The notes: generated from the sequence alone by a model not told the origin. Shown: positions 10,375 through 20,464, numbered from the stretch's first letter. The stretch: 32,000 bases of DNA from Methanocaldococcus jannaschii DSM 2661 (GCF_000091665.1 NC_000909.1:1279460-1311459); one strand, 5' to 3'. Made by a program: numbers and translations.

Positions 10375-11637
10375 TTAGATAACTGTCTCTTCTGGATAAG
10401 CAGGCATTTTGTGTTCTGCCATATCCAATCCCATTTTTTCTTCTTCTTCACTAACTCTTAATCCACCTAATGCAATACCAACAATCTTCGCTAAAATATA
10501 TCCAAGCCCTGTTCCATAAATAATACAAAATACTGCTCCAATTATCTGGTCTATTAAACTAACGCCTCCTGCTCCACCAAATATTTTTAATCCTAAAATT
10601 CCAGTTAAGATTGCTCCTATAACACCTGCAGTTCCATGGACAGGCACTACGCCACAGACATCATCCAATCCTGCTTTTTCAACAAGTTTATAGACAATTG
10701 GAACTTGCAATCCAGCAATTAAACCAATTATTAATCCACCTATTGGGCTAACAACATCTGTCCCTGAACAGATTGCAACTAAACCAGCGACTATTCCGTT
10801 GGCTGTAAATAGAACATCATTTCTTGAAGCAATTAATGCCCCTATTCCTCCTCCAGCCATTGCCATTGTAGTTGTAGCACATACAAGCCCTGAAATATCT
10901 CCTAAAGCCAATGAACTACCTACGTTGAATCCATACCAACCAATTGCCAATGCAAATGCCCCAAATACTGCCATTGGAATGTTGTGTCCCAATATTGGAA
11001 CTGGTCTTCCATCAACAAATCTTCCAATTCTTGGACCTAATGCTGCAATTGCTCCCAAAGCTAAAAAACCACCTAAACCATGAACAACCAAACTTCCAGC
11101 ATAGTCATGCCATGGAACTATACTTGCTCCCCAAGGTCCTAAATATACGAAGAGAGGATATAATAGACCTGTAATAATCAATGAAATTAGAACATAAGCA
11201 CTGAATTTTATTCTCTCTGCAACTCCTCCAGAGACAATTGTTGCAGCAGTAGCACAGAAGACAAGACCAAAGAACCAGCTTGCTAAGTCCAATCCATTAT
11301 TTGGCCAGTTTGTTCCAAGTATTTGTTTCCACCAATCTATAAATGCAGATAAATCAAAACCTTTTGAACATAAAATTCCACCAATGAATAACCATGCAAC
11401 ACAACCAATCAACCAATCAACCATGTTCTTCATCATAACATTATTAACATTTTTCTTCCTTACCTGACCACCTTCAAGCATCGCAAAGCCCCACTGCATC
11501 ATAAAGACAAGAACTCCCATTACTACAAGGAAGAACACATCTGAAGCATTTGCTAAGGTGGTCAATGCCTGAACTATTGAATGTATATCTGTGGCATTCG
11601 CAAACAAATCCGCAGTAGCTATGTTTTCACCCCACAA
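10375..11637 (-). CDS. amtB: Ammonium transporter
   Basis: 420 aa; WAMLEGGQVRKKNVNNVMMKNMVDW, DYAGSLVVHGLGGFLALGAIAALGPR, VVPVHGTAGVIGAI are Amt signatures. Confidence 0.97.
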   Translation of the reverse strand: MWGENIATADLFANATDIHSIVQALTTLANASDVFFLVVMGVLVFMMQWGFAMLEGGQVRKKNVNNVMMKNMVDWLIGCVAWLFIGGILCSKGFDLSAFIDWWKQILGTNWPNNGLDLASWFFGLVFCATAATIVSGGVAERIKFSAYVLISLIITGLLYPLFVYLGPWGASIVPWHDYAGSLVVHGLGGFLALGAIAALGPRIGRFVDGRPVPILGHNIPMAVFGAFALAIGWYGFNVGSSLALGDISGLVCATTTMAMAGGGIGALIASRNDVLFTANGIVAGLVAICSGTDVVSPIGGLIIGLIAGLQVPIVYKLVEKAGLDDVCGVVPVHGTAGVIGAILTGILGLKIFGGAGGVSLIDQIIGAVFCIIYGTGLGYILAKIVGIALGGLRVSEEEEKMGLDMAEHKMPAYPEETVI

Positions 11638-11664
11638 CTCTCTTTAAATTACATAATTAAATTT

Positions 11665-12042
<378 letters not shown>

Positions 12043-12058
12043 TTATTCTTAGGGAAAA

Positions 12059-12072
12059 GGAAATTACATTCC
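12059..12072 (-). promoter_or_regulatory. NrpR-type operator GGAA-N6-TTCC upstream of glnK-amt
   Basis: GGAAATTACATTCC on the + strand. The minus strand has a TATA-like TTTTTATAC about 25 nt upstream (around 12091-12099). Confidence 0.8.
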
Positions 12073-12453
12073 TAACTACTCTAAAAATAGTATAAAAACT
12101 TTTCGGTAATTTATAGAGCCAAGTATAAAAATGTAGGAAATGCAAAATAAACAAATATTGGGATAAACAAGTAATTTATGGACTTTTATAATTAAATTTT
12201 TATATTTATAATTATATTATAGCGTATAATGTCATAAAACAATTAATACCCCAATCTTATTAACTTTAAATAAACTAATGTGGAAATAATATGGAAATAA
12301 AAGAAAATATCCAGTATTCACAGATAGAAAAATTTATATTTTACACTAAAATAATTTTAATAAATAATATCATAGTAATAATAATTTAACGAAATTCGTA
12401 AAATAGGGGGATTAAAATCGCATATTGCTAAAACCTTGGGGGAGGGGGTGAAT

Positions 12454-13380
12454 ATGGAAATATATAATGAAAGCATTTTATGGGATGAATATTTTGATGC
12501 ACTTGAAAAAAGAAATTATGAAAAAGCCCTATTATTGATAGACAAAATCTTAGAGGTTAGGGAATCTCCCGATGTTTATGTAAGAAAAGCAAGAATATTA
12601 AGAACATTGGGGGAAAATGATAAAGCATTAGAATATTTTGATAAAGCGTTAAAATTAAAACCAAAATATATTTTAGCAAATTTTTTAAAAGGAGCTTTAT
12701 TGGTAAGTTTGGGTAAATTAGAAGAAGCAAAAGAGGTATTCTTAAAATTATGCAGATTAGAAAAATCTGATTTACCTGTTAAATATGTAACTGCCTTTAT
12801 ACTAAAAAAACTTGGAGAGTATGATTATGCATTAAAAATTATTGATAAAATATTGAAAAAATATCCAAAATCAGCTATTGCCTGGGCTGAAAAAGGGGAA
12901 ATATTATATAGAGAAGGCAAACTTAAAAAATCATTAGAATGTTTTGATAATGCTTTAAAAATAAATCCCAAAGATTGCCAGTCCTTATTGTACAAAGGAG
13001 AAATATTATTTAAACTTGGAAGATATGGAGAAGCATTAAAATGTCTAAAAAAAGTTTTTGAAAGAAATAATAAAGATATTCGTGCATTAATGTACATAAT
13101 ACAAATTTTGATTTATCTTGGAAGATTAAATCAAGCCCTTGAATATACTAAAAAAGCTTTAAAATTGAATCCAGATGACCCATTACTTTATCTATACAAG
13201 GGTATTATACTAAACAAGCTTGGAAAATATAATGAAGCTATAAAATATTTTGATAAAGTGCTGGAAATTAACCCAAATATTCCAGATGCTTGGAATGGGA
13301 AAGCCATAGCTCTCGAAAAACTTGGAAAAATTAATGAAGCTATAGAGTGTTACAATAGAGCACTTGATATTTATGAATAA
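12454..13380 (+). CDS. TPR-repeat protein
   Basis: Repeated TPR motifs (ALEYFDKALKLKPKYILA, ALEYTKKALKLNPDDPLLYLYKG, AIKYFDKVLEINPNIPDAWNGKA). Start MEIYNESIL at 12454 after GGTGA RBS. Confidence 0.93.
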   Translation: MEIYNESILWDEYFDALEKRNYEKALLLIDKILEVRESPDVYVRKARILRTLGENDKALEYFDKALKLKPKYILANFLKGALLVSLGKLEEAKEVFLKLCRLEKSDLPVKYVTAFILKKLGEYDYALKIIDKILKKYPKSAIAWAEKGEILYREGKLKKSLECFDNALKINPKDCQSLLYKGEILFKLGRYGEALKCLKKVFERNNKDIRALMYIIQILIYLGRLNQALEYTKKALKLNPDDPLLYLYKGIILNKLGKYNEAIKYFDKVLEINPNIPDAWNGKAIALEKLGKINEAIECYNRALDIYE

Positions 13381-13436
13381 ATTTTTATATTTTAATTTAA
13401 ATTGAATATACCGTAAATTATATATATATGGAAGTA

Positions 13437-13450
13437 GGAAACTTACTTCC
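13437..13450 (+). promoter_or_regulatory. NrpR-type operator GGAA-N6-TTCC upstream of glnA
   Basis: GGAAACTTACTTCC, within a larger imperfect palindrome ggaagta-ggaaact-tacttcc (13430-13450), just downstream of a TATATATA-rich box. Confidence 0.82.
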
Positions 13451-13485
13451 AGAATTATTCAATCAAATTGCATTGGGGGATGGAA

Positions 13486-14832
13486 ATGAACGTCGAACAA
13501 GCAATAGAATATGTAAAGAAGAACAACGTTAAGTTCATAAGATTCCAGTTCGTAGATATCTTAGGATTCCCAAAAAATGTCGCATACCCAGTTAAGGCTG
13601 GAGAAAAAGGAATCGAAGAATTAAGAGAAATCTTTGAAAATGGAGTTTGGTTTGATGGTTCATCAATTACCGGTTTTGTTGGTATTGAAGAATCAGATAT
13701 GTTATTAAAACCAGATTTATCAACACTCTCTGTTTTACCATGGAGACCTGAAGAGAAAAGTGTTGCAAGAGTTATCTGTGATGTTTATAAAGATGAGAAG
13801 ACACCATTCGAAGGAGACCCAAGAAGCAGATTAAAAGCTATTTTAGAAGAATTAAAGAAAGAAATGAATGGAGAATACTTTGTTGGTCCAGAACCAGAGT
13901 TCTTCTTGTTAAAGAGAGACCCACACAACCCACACAGATGGGTTCCTGCTGACGATGGAGGTTACTTTGATGTTGAACCATTAGACGACGCTCCAGACAT
14001 TAGAAGAGATATCGTCTTAGCTTTAGAAAACCTCGGCTTCCACGTTGAGGCATCACACCACGAAGTCGCTCCAGGACAGCACGAAGTTGATTTCAAATTC
14101 GACAACGCTTTAAAGACAGCTGATAGCGTTATAACATTCAAGATGACAATCAAAAACATTGCTAAGAAGCACGGTTTAAAAGCTACATTCATGCCAAAAC
14201 CATTCTTTGGAATGAACGGAAACGGAATGCACTGCCACCAGAGTGTCTGGTTTAACGGAGAACCATCATTCTACGACCCAGAAGGGCCTTACAATGGATT
14301 AAGTGAAACATGTTTAAGCTACATTGCTGGAATCTTAAGCCACGCTAAGGCATTAGTTGCTATAACAAACCCAACAGTTAATTCATACAAGAGATTAGTC
14401 CCAGGTTACGAAGCTCCTGTAAATATCGCATGGGCAAACAAGAACAGAAGTGCTATCATCAGAGTCCCAGCTGCAAGAGGAAAAGCTACAAGAATCGAGT
14501 TCAGAGCTCCAGACCCAACATGCAACCCATACTTAGCATTTGCATGTATGTTAGCTGCTGGATTAGATGGAATTAAGAAGAAGATGACAGCTCCAGAGCC
14601 AGTTGAGAGAAACATCTTCAAGATGTCAGAAGAAGAGAAAAAGCAGTTAGGAATTGAGTCAGTTCCTGCAAACTTAGCTGCTGCATTGGATGAGTTAGAA
14701 TGTGATGAAGTCTTGCAGAAAGCTTTAGGAAAACACATATATGAAAACTACATGGAAATCAAGAGAGCTGAGTGGGATGACTTCAGAACAGCAGTTACTG
14801 ACTGGGAGACAGGTAAATACTTAATCTACTAA
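13486..14832 (+). CDS. glnA: Glutamine synthetase type I
   Basis: MNVEQAIEYVKKNNVKFIRFQFVDILG, WFDGSSITGF, GPEPEFFLLKR, NGNGMHCHQS, NRSAIIRVPAARGKATRIEFRAPDPTCNPYLAFA. GGGGGAT RBS. Confidence 0.97.
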   Translation: MNVEQAIEYVKKNNVKFIRFQFVDILGFPKNVAYPVKAGEKGIEELREIFENGVWFDGSSITGFVGIEESDMLLKPDLSTLSVLPWRPEEKSVARVICDVYKDEKTPFEGDPRSRLKAILEELKKEMNGEYFVGPEPEFFLLKRDPHNPHRWVPADDGGYFDVEPLDDAPDIRRDIVLALENLGFHVEASHHEVAPGQHEVDFKFDNALKTADSVITFKMTIKNIAKKHGLKATFMPKPFFGMNGNGMHCHQSVWFNGEPSFYDPEGPYNGLSETCLSYIAGILSHAKALVAITNPTVNSYKRLVPGYEAPVNIAWANKNRSAIIRVPAARGKATRIEFRAPDPTCNPYLAFACMLAAGLDGIKKKMTAPEPVERNIFKMSEEEKKQLGIESVPANLAAALDELECDEVLQKALGKHIYENYMEIKRAEWDDFRTAVTDWETGKYLIY

Positions 14833-14921
14833 AATTTCTTCTCTTTTACCTTTTTTTATTACAGCAAAATTCCAAAGATTCCAATTATTTAATTTTAATA
14901 TAATTTTAAAAGGTGATTATT

Positions 14922-15620
14922 ATGAAGGCAATAACTGTTTTAAGTGGTGGATTAGATTCTACAGTAGTCACACTGATAGCTAAAGATTTAGGTTATGAAG
15001 TTACGGCAATAACTTTTAACTATGGGCAAAGAGCGGCTAAGAGAGAGATTAATTCAGCAAAGAAGATTTGTGAGATTTTGGGTATTGAACACATTGTTGT
15101 AGATTTACCATTCGTTAAACAGTTTGGAAAAAGCTCTTTAATAACTGAAAAGGAAATTCCAACATTAAAAATGGAAGAGTTAGATAGTGAGAAAGCTTAT
15201 GAAACAATGAAGGCTGTATGGGTTCCAGCAAGGAATGTAATCATGTTTGGTATAGCAAGCGGATTTGCTGAGGCATTGGATGCAGAGAAGATATTCATTG
15301 GAATAAATAAAGAGGAAGGAGTTACTTTCCCAGACAACACAATAGAATTTGTTGAGGCATTTAATAAAGTTTTGGAGTATGGAACACTAAATAAGGTTAA
15401 GATAGAAGCTCCTCTATATGACAAAACAAAGGAGGAGATTGTTAAATTAGGGGCTGAATTGGAGAAAAAGCTTGGTGTTGAGGTTTTGAAATATAGTTAT
15501 TCATGCTATCATGATAATGGAGAGGACTTTTTACACTGTGGGAAGTGTGAGAGCTGTATGAGAAGGAAGAGAGCTTTTTTAATGGCTGGAGTTGAAGATA
15601 AGACAAAGTATATTGAATAG
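14922..15620 (+). CDS. queC: 7-cyano-7-deazaguanine synthase (archaeosine/queuosine pathway)
   Basis: MKAITVLSGGLDSTVVTLIAKDLGYEVTAITFNYGQRA PP-loop, and C-terminal CYHDNGEDFLHCGKCESCMRRKRAF zinc motif. Confidence 0.95.
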   Translation: MKAITVLSGGLDSTVVTLIAKDLGYEVTAITFNYGQRAAKREINSAKKICEILGIEHIVVDLPFVKQFGKSSLITEKEIPTLKMEELDSEKAYETMKAVWVPARNVIMFGIASGFAEALDAEKIFIGINKEEGVTFPDNTIEFVEAFNKVLEYGTLNKVKIEAPLYDKTKEEIVKLGAELEKKLGVEVLKYSYSCYHDNGEDFLHCGKCESCMRRKRAFLMAGVEDKTKYIE

Positions 15621-15684
15621 GAAGATTGATTCTTTAATATGTTGATTTTTTATTTTGAGATGTTTAGAGCTTAATTGGGAGATT

Positions 15685-16665
15685 ATGAACAAAGATTCGT
15701 CAAATTTTCTATACAAATATTGGCTTAAAGGATGTGAGTTTTATAATAAAAAGGACTACGATAAAGCAATAGAGTATTTTAGTTTATCTAATAAAATCTT
15801 TAAAGAAAATGTCCCAAAATGTGATTATTATGGACTTAGAGAAGAGGCTTATAAAGAAATTTTAAATAACAACATTGAAGAAGGAATTAAAAAATTCGAC
15901 TGGTTTGTTGAAGGGATTTTGGCAGATGGAGATTATTATAATTTAAGTGGAGAGTTATCAACTATTGCCTCAATATTTGCAAAGATTGGGAAATTAGATA
16001 TTACAAAAAACTTTTTAAATAGTGGGGGAGAGTGGATTTATAACGATGTTATTAAAGATGCTAATTCAGAGGATATTTTAAAAAGTGTTTTAACTTTTGA
16101 CTTTAGCTATGAAGAAAGAAAAGAAATCTTAAACAGAGAGCCTCATTTAAGAAAACTATTTGAAGATAATATATATAATTTCAATTCAGATTTCTTTGAT
16201 TTTATGATGATGTTTTTTATAGGGGCTGGAAATTGGAAAAGATTTTTAGAAGTTTATGAGGAATTTAAAAATAAAATTAAAAGTTGCCAAATATCTAATG
16301 AGATTGTCAATGAAATCATTAAAAGATTTGACAAATCAATGAGTGATTTATTGGCTATTGCCCATCTACTAAAAGAAAATTATGAAAAATGCCTTTATTA
16401 TGTTATGCTATTTAAGGAATATTTTGATTTAGATGAATTTAATGAAATTGAGAAAAATAAGATTAATCTAATTGTGGATATTGCATATAATTTAAAAAAT
16501 GGCAATGTAAAAAAAGAAGAATGGCTAAATAGGTTAAATGAAATCTATAAAGAGATTATAAAACGACCATTACCAAATACCTATAAAGATGCCCATAATG
16601 ATGATTTATTAAATGAAATCTTGGATTATTATGTTTTGAAAGAGTTTATTGAAAAAAAGTTATAG
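15685..16665 (+). CDS. Hypothetical protein, TPR-like helical repeat
   Basis: Long ORF; [25 protein letters not shown] resembles a TPR. Start chosen at MNKDSSNF. Confidence 0.65.
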
Positions 16666-16671
16666 TTGAAT

Positions 16672-17745
16672 TTAATCCTTTTTAACTCTCTTTTTCTTTA
16701 ATTCAACAAGTTTTTCAACTGCTTCTAAATCAACGTTCTCATCATAGGTTATATAACCATTATAAACTGCTCTCTTAAAGAATCCTTCTCCCCACTTGTT
16801 TCTTATTAAGACTGTTGAATAGCCTTTCTCAGTTCCCACATTACCAACTGAAATATCTGATGTTAAGCCAGTGAAATCTCCGCAAACCTTGCAACCATTC
16901 CTCATTGCAGACTCAACATCTTTAAGCTTATATTCAACAGTGTTTCCATTGATTAAGGTTATCTTTAACTTACCAGATTCGATATCCATCTTTTTAACTT
17001 CCCATGGCTCTATGCCATCTTCATTAAGCTTTTTAATCATCTTGCTGTAATCATAAGTCTCAAAACAGAACAGGGCAATTTTTAATCTTATAGCTTCTCT
17101 GAATGGCTTTAATAAGTCGTTATCTGATGATAGTATCTGATAGATAGCGTTTATAACACAAGGAGTCCCAACAACAGCTAATTTTTTAAGTTTCTTTTCC
17201 ATAACTGCTGTTTTTAACGCCTTTAATATTGGACCTTTCCATAGGTATTTGCTACCAGCAGACTTTAAAACATCTTCTTTTGATAACGCCAAATATGATT
17301 CTGGCTCTAAAGTCCATTTGTCATCCATCATTACAATGGCTCCATCTATTAATCCTTCATCAAACGCATTTGCCAATATGGCTGTTACAACTCCACCATT
17401 TTGGGCATTCTTTATCTCTATTGATGCTTTAGCTCTAACTGCCTTTAATATATTCCCCAATCCCTTTGGTTTTGGAATAGCAGATTTTTTTATCCTTGGG
17501 CAGGCATCGTAACAAGCTCCACAAGGGACGTCATAAACTACTGTCTTACAGAACTCTGCTGAAATTGGATGCTCAACGATATCTGCTGGGACTATTATAC
17601 AGGAACATTCATCGCACTCAAACTTTACTGGGCTTTCTTCTCTAAAATATAGGTTATTTACTGGACAAACTGCAACACAAGCTCCACAACCACTACATCT
17701 ATTAGTATCCCAAACTTCCTCTTTTAGGTTTTTGTAAGATTTCAT
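16672..17745 (-). CDS. FrhB-like coenzyme F420-type iron-sulfur flavoprotein (F420 hydrogenase beta-subunit family)
   Basis: CSGCGACVAVCP, CDSCEC-type and CYDACPRIKKS Cys clusters; VVTAILANAFDEGLIDGAIV, VGTPCVINAIYQI, CKVCGDFTGLTSDISVGNVG are FrhB/FdhB-family signatures. AGGTGA RBS before MKSYKNL. Confidence 0.88.
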   Translation of the reverse strand: MKSYKNLKEEVWDTNRCSGCGACVAVCPVNNLYFREESPVKFECDECSCIIVPADIVEHPISAEFCKTVVYDVPCGACYDACPRIKKSAIPKPKGLGNILKAVRAKASIEIKNAQNGGVVTAILANAFDEGLIDGAIVMMDDKWTLEPESYLALSKEDVLKSAGSKYLWKGPILKALKTAVMEKKLKKLAVVGTPCVINAIYQILSSDNDLLKPFREAIRLKIALFCFETYDYSKMIKKLNEDGIEPWEVKKMDIESGKLKITLINGNTVEYKLKDVESAMRNGCKVCGDFTGLTSDISVGNVGTEKGYSTVLIRNKWGEGFFKRAVYNGYITYDENVDLEAVEKLVELKKKRVKKD

Positions 17746-17818
17746 TAATCTCACCTAAGGCTCATTTTGGTGTTTCTTCTAAATAGTTTTAAAAATTGAT
17801 AAAAATTTCTATTAAATT

Positions 17819-17847
17819 ACATTAAGTCGGGGAGTATAGAGCTTCCG
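17819..17847. repeat. Diverged direct copy of the 3' end of the downstream-strand GXGXG gene
   Basis: ACATTAAGTCGGGGAGTATAGAGCTTCCG (17819) versus ACATTAAGTCAGGAGTATATAACTTACCG (17989). Confidence 0.65.
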
Positions 17848-17966
17848 CAACCATAGGGCTTCGCCTATTGGAATACTCCAGAGTGGGCTTCACTGCGTTC
17901 AGTCCCACTGTTATAATAATGGACATTAATTAGGACTGAAAGTCTAACTTAATGGACGAGTTTTGA

Positions 17967-17989
17967 TGAAACTTTTACTAAAAGTTTCA
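17967..17989 (-). terminator. Perfect hairpin overlapping the stop codon of the GXGXG-domain gene (terminator or 3'-end processing/stability element)
   Basis: TGAAACTTTT-ACT-AAAAGTTTCA, 10-bp arms with 3-nt loop, covering the stop at 17987-17989. Confidence 0.5.
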
Positions 17990-18763
17990 CATTAAGTCAG
18001 GAGTATATAACTTACCGAATGGTCTTTTTGAGATTGGTGCTATTTTTGTCCATTTTGAATTCAATAGTTTATTTTTAACATCTTCTGGCAGATTAAACCA
18101 TTTGCAGAATTCTTCAATGTATGGTTTTATTTTTTCTAAATCCTCTTCAGTAAATTCTTTTATATCTGCAGCAACACCTAATTGGTCTTTGTCTATCTCT
18201 CCTCTAATATAAATTGCCCCTCCATGAATTCCAGTTCCTATCATTCTTCCTTTAACCTTTCCTAAATCATTTCCTTTTTCATCAATGTTTAAGACAATTA
18301 TAATACCTCCAGCCATATATTCTCCTAAGAAATCCTTAGCTCTTCCACCAATCACAAGAACTGGAACTTTATCTTTATAAGCTTTCATGTGAATTCCACT
18401 TCTATAACCAACATCCCCTCTAACAAAAACCTTTCCTCCTCTCATTGAGTGGGCGGTTACATCCCCACTACTTCCATAGATAACTATTGTTCCATCATCC
18501 ATCGTGTTTCCAGGAGCAAATTCAGCATTTCCATGAACTATTATTGTAGGGCCGCTCATAAACATTCCTAAATCTCCACCAGGAATGCCGTAAATCTCTA
18601 TAGTTAAATCTTTCTTCTGTATTCCATCGGCAATAAACCTCTGCCCTAAAACGTTTTTTAAGACAATTTTTTTAATGTCTGGATTTTCCCTTAAAATTTC
18701 ATGTATTTTTTCATTCAGCTCTCTATAGTGCATATCCTTTGCATCTATAACAACCTCTTCCAT
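17987..18763 (-). CDS. Glutamate synthase GXGXG-domain protein (GltB C-terminal domain; also similar to FwdC/FmdC)
   Basis: Repeated GG-rich beta-helix: GIPGGDLGMFMSGPTIIVHGNAEFAPGNTMDDGTIVIYGSSGDVTAHSMRGGKVFVRGDVGYRSGIHMK. RBS AGGTGA before MEEVVIDAKD. Confidence 0.9.
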   Translation of the reverse strand: MEEVVIDAKDMHYRELNEKIHEILRENPDIKKIVLKNVLGQRFIADGIQKKDLTIEIYGIPGGDLGMFMSGPTIIVHGNAEFAPGNTMDDGTIVIYGSSGDVTAHSMRGGKVFVRGDVGYRSGIHMKAYKDKVPVLVIGGRAKDFLGEYMAGGIIIVLNIDEKGNDLGKVKGRMIGTGIHGGAIYIRGEIDKDQLGVAADIKEFTEEDLEKIKPYIEEFCKWFNLPEDVKNKLLNSKWTKIAPISKRPFGKLYTPDLM

Positions 18764-18791
18764 GCCTTTCACCTTTAAAAATTAAAAAATT

Positions 18792-18889
18792 TAAATAGAA
18801 CTTTCACAGTTTATATGCTGATTTTGGAATTTAGATGCCAAAGGCATCACCCTTCAATAAAGTATTTTTATTTGTGAAAGTTCTATTTA
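18792..18889. repeat. Nested inverted repeat between gltB and the GXGXG-domain gene
   Basis: Outer 17-bp arms TAAATAGAACTTTCACA (18792-18808) and TGTGAAAGTTCTATTTA (18873-18889); inner hairpin GATGCC-AAA-GGCATC (18834-18848) is nearly concentric. Confidence 0.85.
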
Positions 18890-20419
18890 TTCTCCAGCAG
18901 CTTTTATTCCTAAAACTTCTAACTCCTTCTCATTTAAGCCAACTCCTCTTAACCTATCTCTGTTTCCTCTTAAGCTTTCAATTGAGTTAATTCCAGCAGC
19001 TCCTAAGAGTTCTTTAATTTCATGTGTCCATGCCTTGATTAAGTTAGCTACTCTTCTTGCTCCAACTTCTGGGTCTAATCTCTTAACCAACTCTGGCCTT
19101 TGTGTTGCTATTCCCCAAGCACACAATCCAGTATAACATCTTCCACAAACTCTACAGCCAAGAGCAACCATTGCAGCAGTTCCAATATAGACAGCATCTG
19201 CTCCTAAAGCTATAGCCTTAAATACATCTGCTGAACATCTGATTCCTCCACTTGCTATGATGCTAATTTCATTTCTCAAACCTTCCTCTCTCAATCTTTG
19301 ATCTACTGCGGCAATAGCCATTTCTATTGGGATTCCAACATGGTCTCTGAATACCTTTGGTGCTGCCCCTGTCCCTCCTTTATATCCATCTATAACAACT
19401 GCGTCAGCATCACTTGTTGCTATTCCAACAGCAATAGCTGGAGCATTATGGACAGCTGCAATTTTAACAAACACTGGCTTTTTCCATCTTGTTGCTTCTT
19501 TCAAACTTCTAACTAATTGAGCTAAATCCTCAATTGAGTAAATGTCATGGTGAGGAGCTGGTGAGATAGCATCACTTCCCTCAGGAATCATTCTTGTTGC
19601 TGAAATTTCTGCTGTAACCTTCTCTCCAGGTAAGTGCCCTCCAATTCCAGGCTTAGCTCCCTGCCCTATTTTAATCTCTATTGCAGAACCTTTCATAAGA
19701 TACTCTTCATTAACTCCAAATCTTCCACTTGCAACTTGGGTAATTATGTGGTCTGCATAAGGGTAGAGAGCTTTTGGCAATCCTCCTTCACCAGTTCCCA
19801 TGAATGTTCCACATTCTTTAACTGCCTTAGCAAATGATAGGTGAGCGTTTAAAGACAAAGCTCCATAAGACATATGGGCAATCATTATTGGGGTATCTAA
19901 CTTTAAGTTTGGAGCTATTTTTGTTTTTAACTTAGCTTTTTTAATCTTCTTGCCATCAATCTCTTCTTCAACAAATTCAAACTCTAACTGCTTTGGTTTT
20001 TTACCAATGTAAGTTCTTAATTCCATTGGCTCTCTCAATGGGTCGATGGATGGGTTTGTAACTTGGCATGCATCTAAAACAATCTTATCAAAATAGATTG
20101 GGTGTTCTTTGGCATTACCCATCCCACTCAATAAAATACAGCCGGTTTTTGCTTGATTGTAAATATCAACCCTTGCATCTACATCCCATAATGGGTGGCT
20201 TCTCCAAGATATTGCATTTTCTTTAATTGTTATTGCATCCCTTGGACACATTACAACACATCTATGGCAAGCTCCACATCTGTTTGAGTAGCTAATAATT
20301 CTATCTCCTTCCCTCCTATAAACTCCCCAGGAACACTCTATTGTACATCTCTCACATAGCATACATCTGTTTGGGTCAACCTCTACTTTATACTTTGGTG
20401 GCACATAGCTGGGAATCAT
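18887..20419 (-). CDS. gltB: Archaeal-type glutamate synthase, FMN/synthase domain with N-terminal ferredoxin domain
   Basis: CMLCERCTIECS and CGACHRCVVMCP clusters; HISPAPHHDIYSIEDLAQLV, KVAAVHNAPAIAVGIATSDADAVVIDGYKGGTGAAP, CGRCYTGLCAWGIATQ. Confidence 0.95.
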   Translation of the reverse strand: MIPSYVPPKYKVEVDPNRCMLCERCTIECSWGVYRREGDRIISYSNRCGACHRCVVMCPRDAITIKENAISWRSHPLWDVDARVDIYNQAKTGCILLSGMGNAKEHPIYFDKIVLDACQVTNPSIDPLREPMELRTYIGKKPKQLEFEFVEEEIDGKKIKKAKLKTKIAPNLKLDTPIMIAHMSYGALSLNAHLSFAKAVKECGTFMGTGEGGLPKALYPYADHIITQVASGRFGVNEEYLMKGSAIEIKIGQGAKPGIGGHLPGEKVTAEISATRMIPEGSDAISPAPHHDIYSIEDLAQLVRSLKEATRWKKPVFVKIAAVHNAPAIAVGIATSDADAVVIDGYKGGTGAAPKVFRDHVGIPIEMAIAAVDQRLREEGLRNEISIIASGGIRCSADVFKAIALGADAVYIGTAAMVALGCRVCGRCYTGLCAWGIATQRPELVKRLDPEVGARRVANLIKAWTHEIKELLGAAGINSIESLRGNRDRLRGVGLNEKELEVLGIKAAGE

Positions 20420-20464
20420 GATTTCACTTCCTCATGTTTTTATTTTTAATCTTTTAATCTTTGT

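Noticed and set aside
13962-14738. Antisense ORFs inside glnA (13962..14192 and 14406..14738)
   Set aside because: They lie fully opposite a highly conserved glutamine synthetase and have low-complexity, unlikely protein sequences.
17821-17960. Structured spacer considered as tRNA, snoRNA or CRISPR-like element
   Set aside because: No cloverleaf, no anticodon arm, no C/D boxes I can support, and no regular repeat-spacer pattern.
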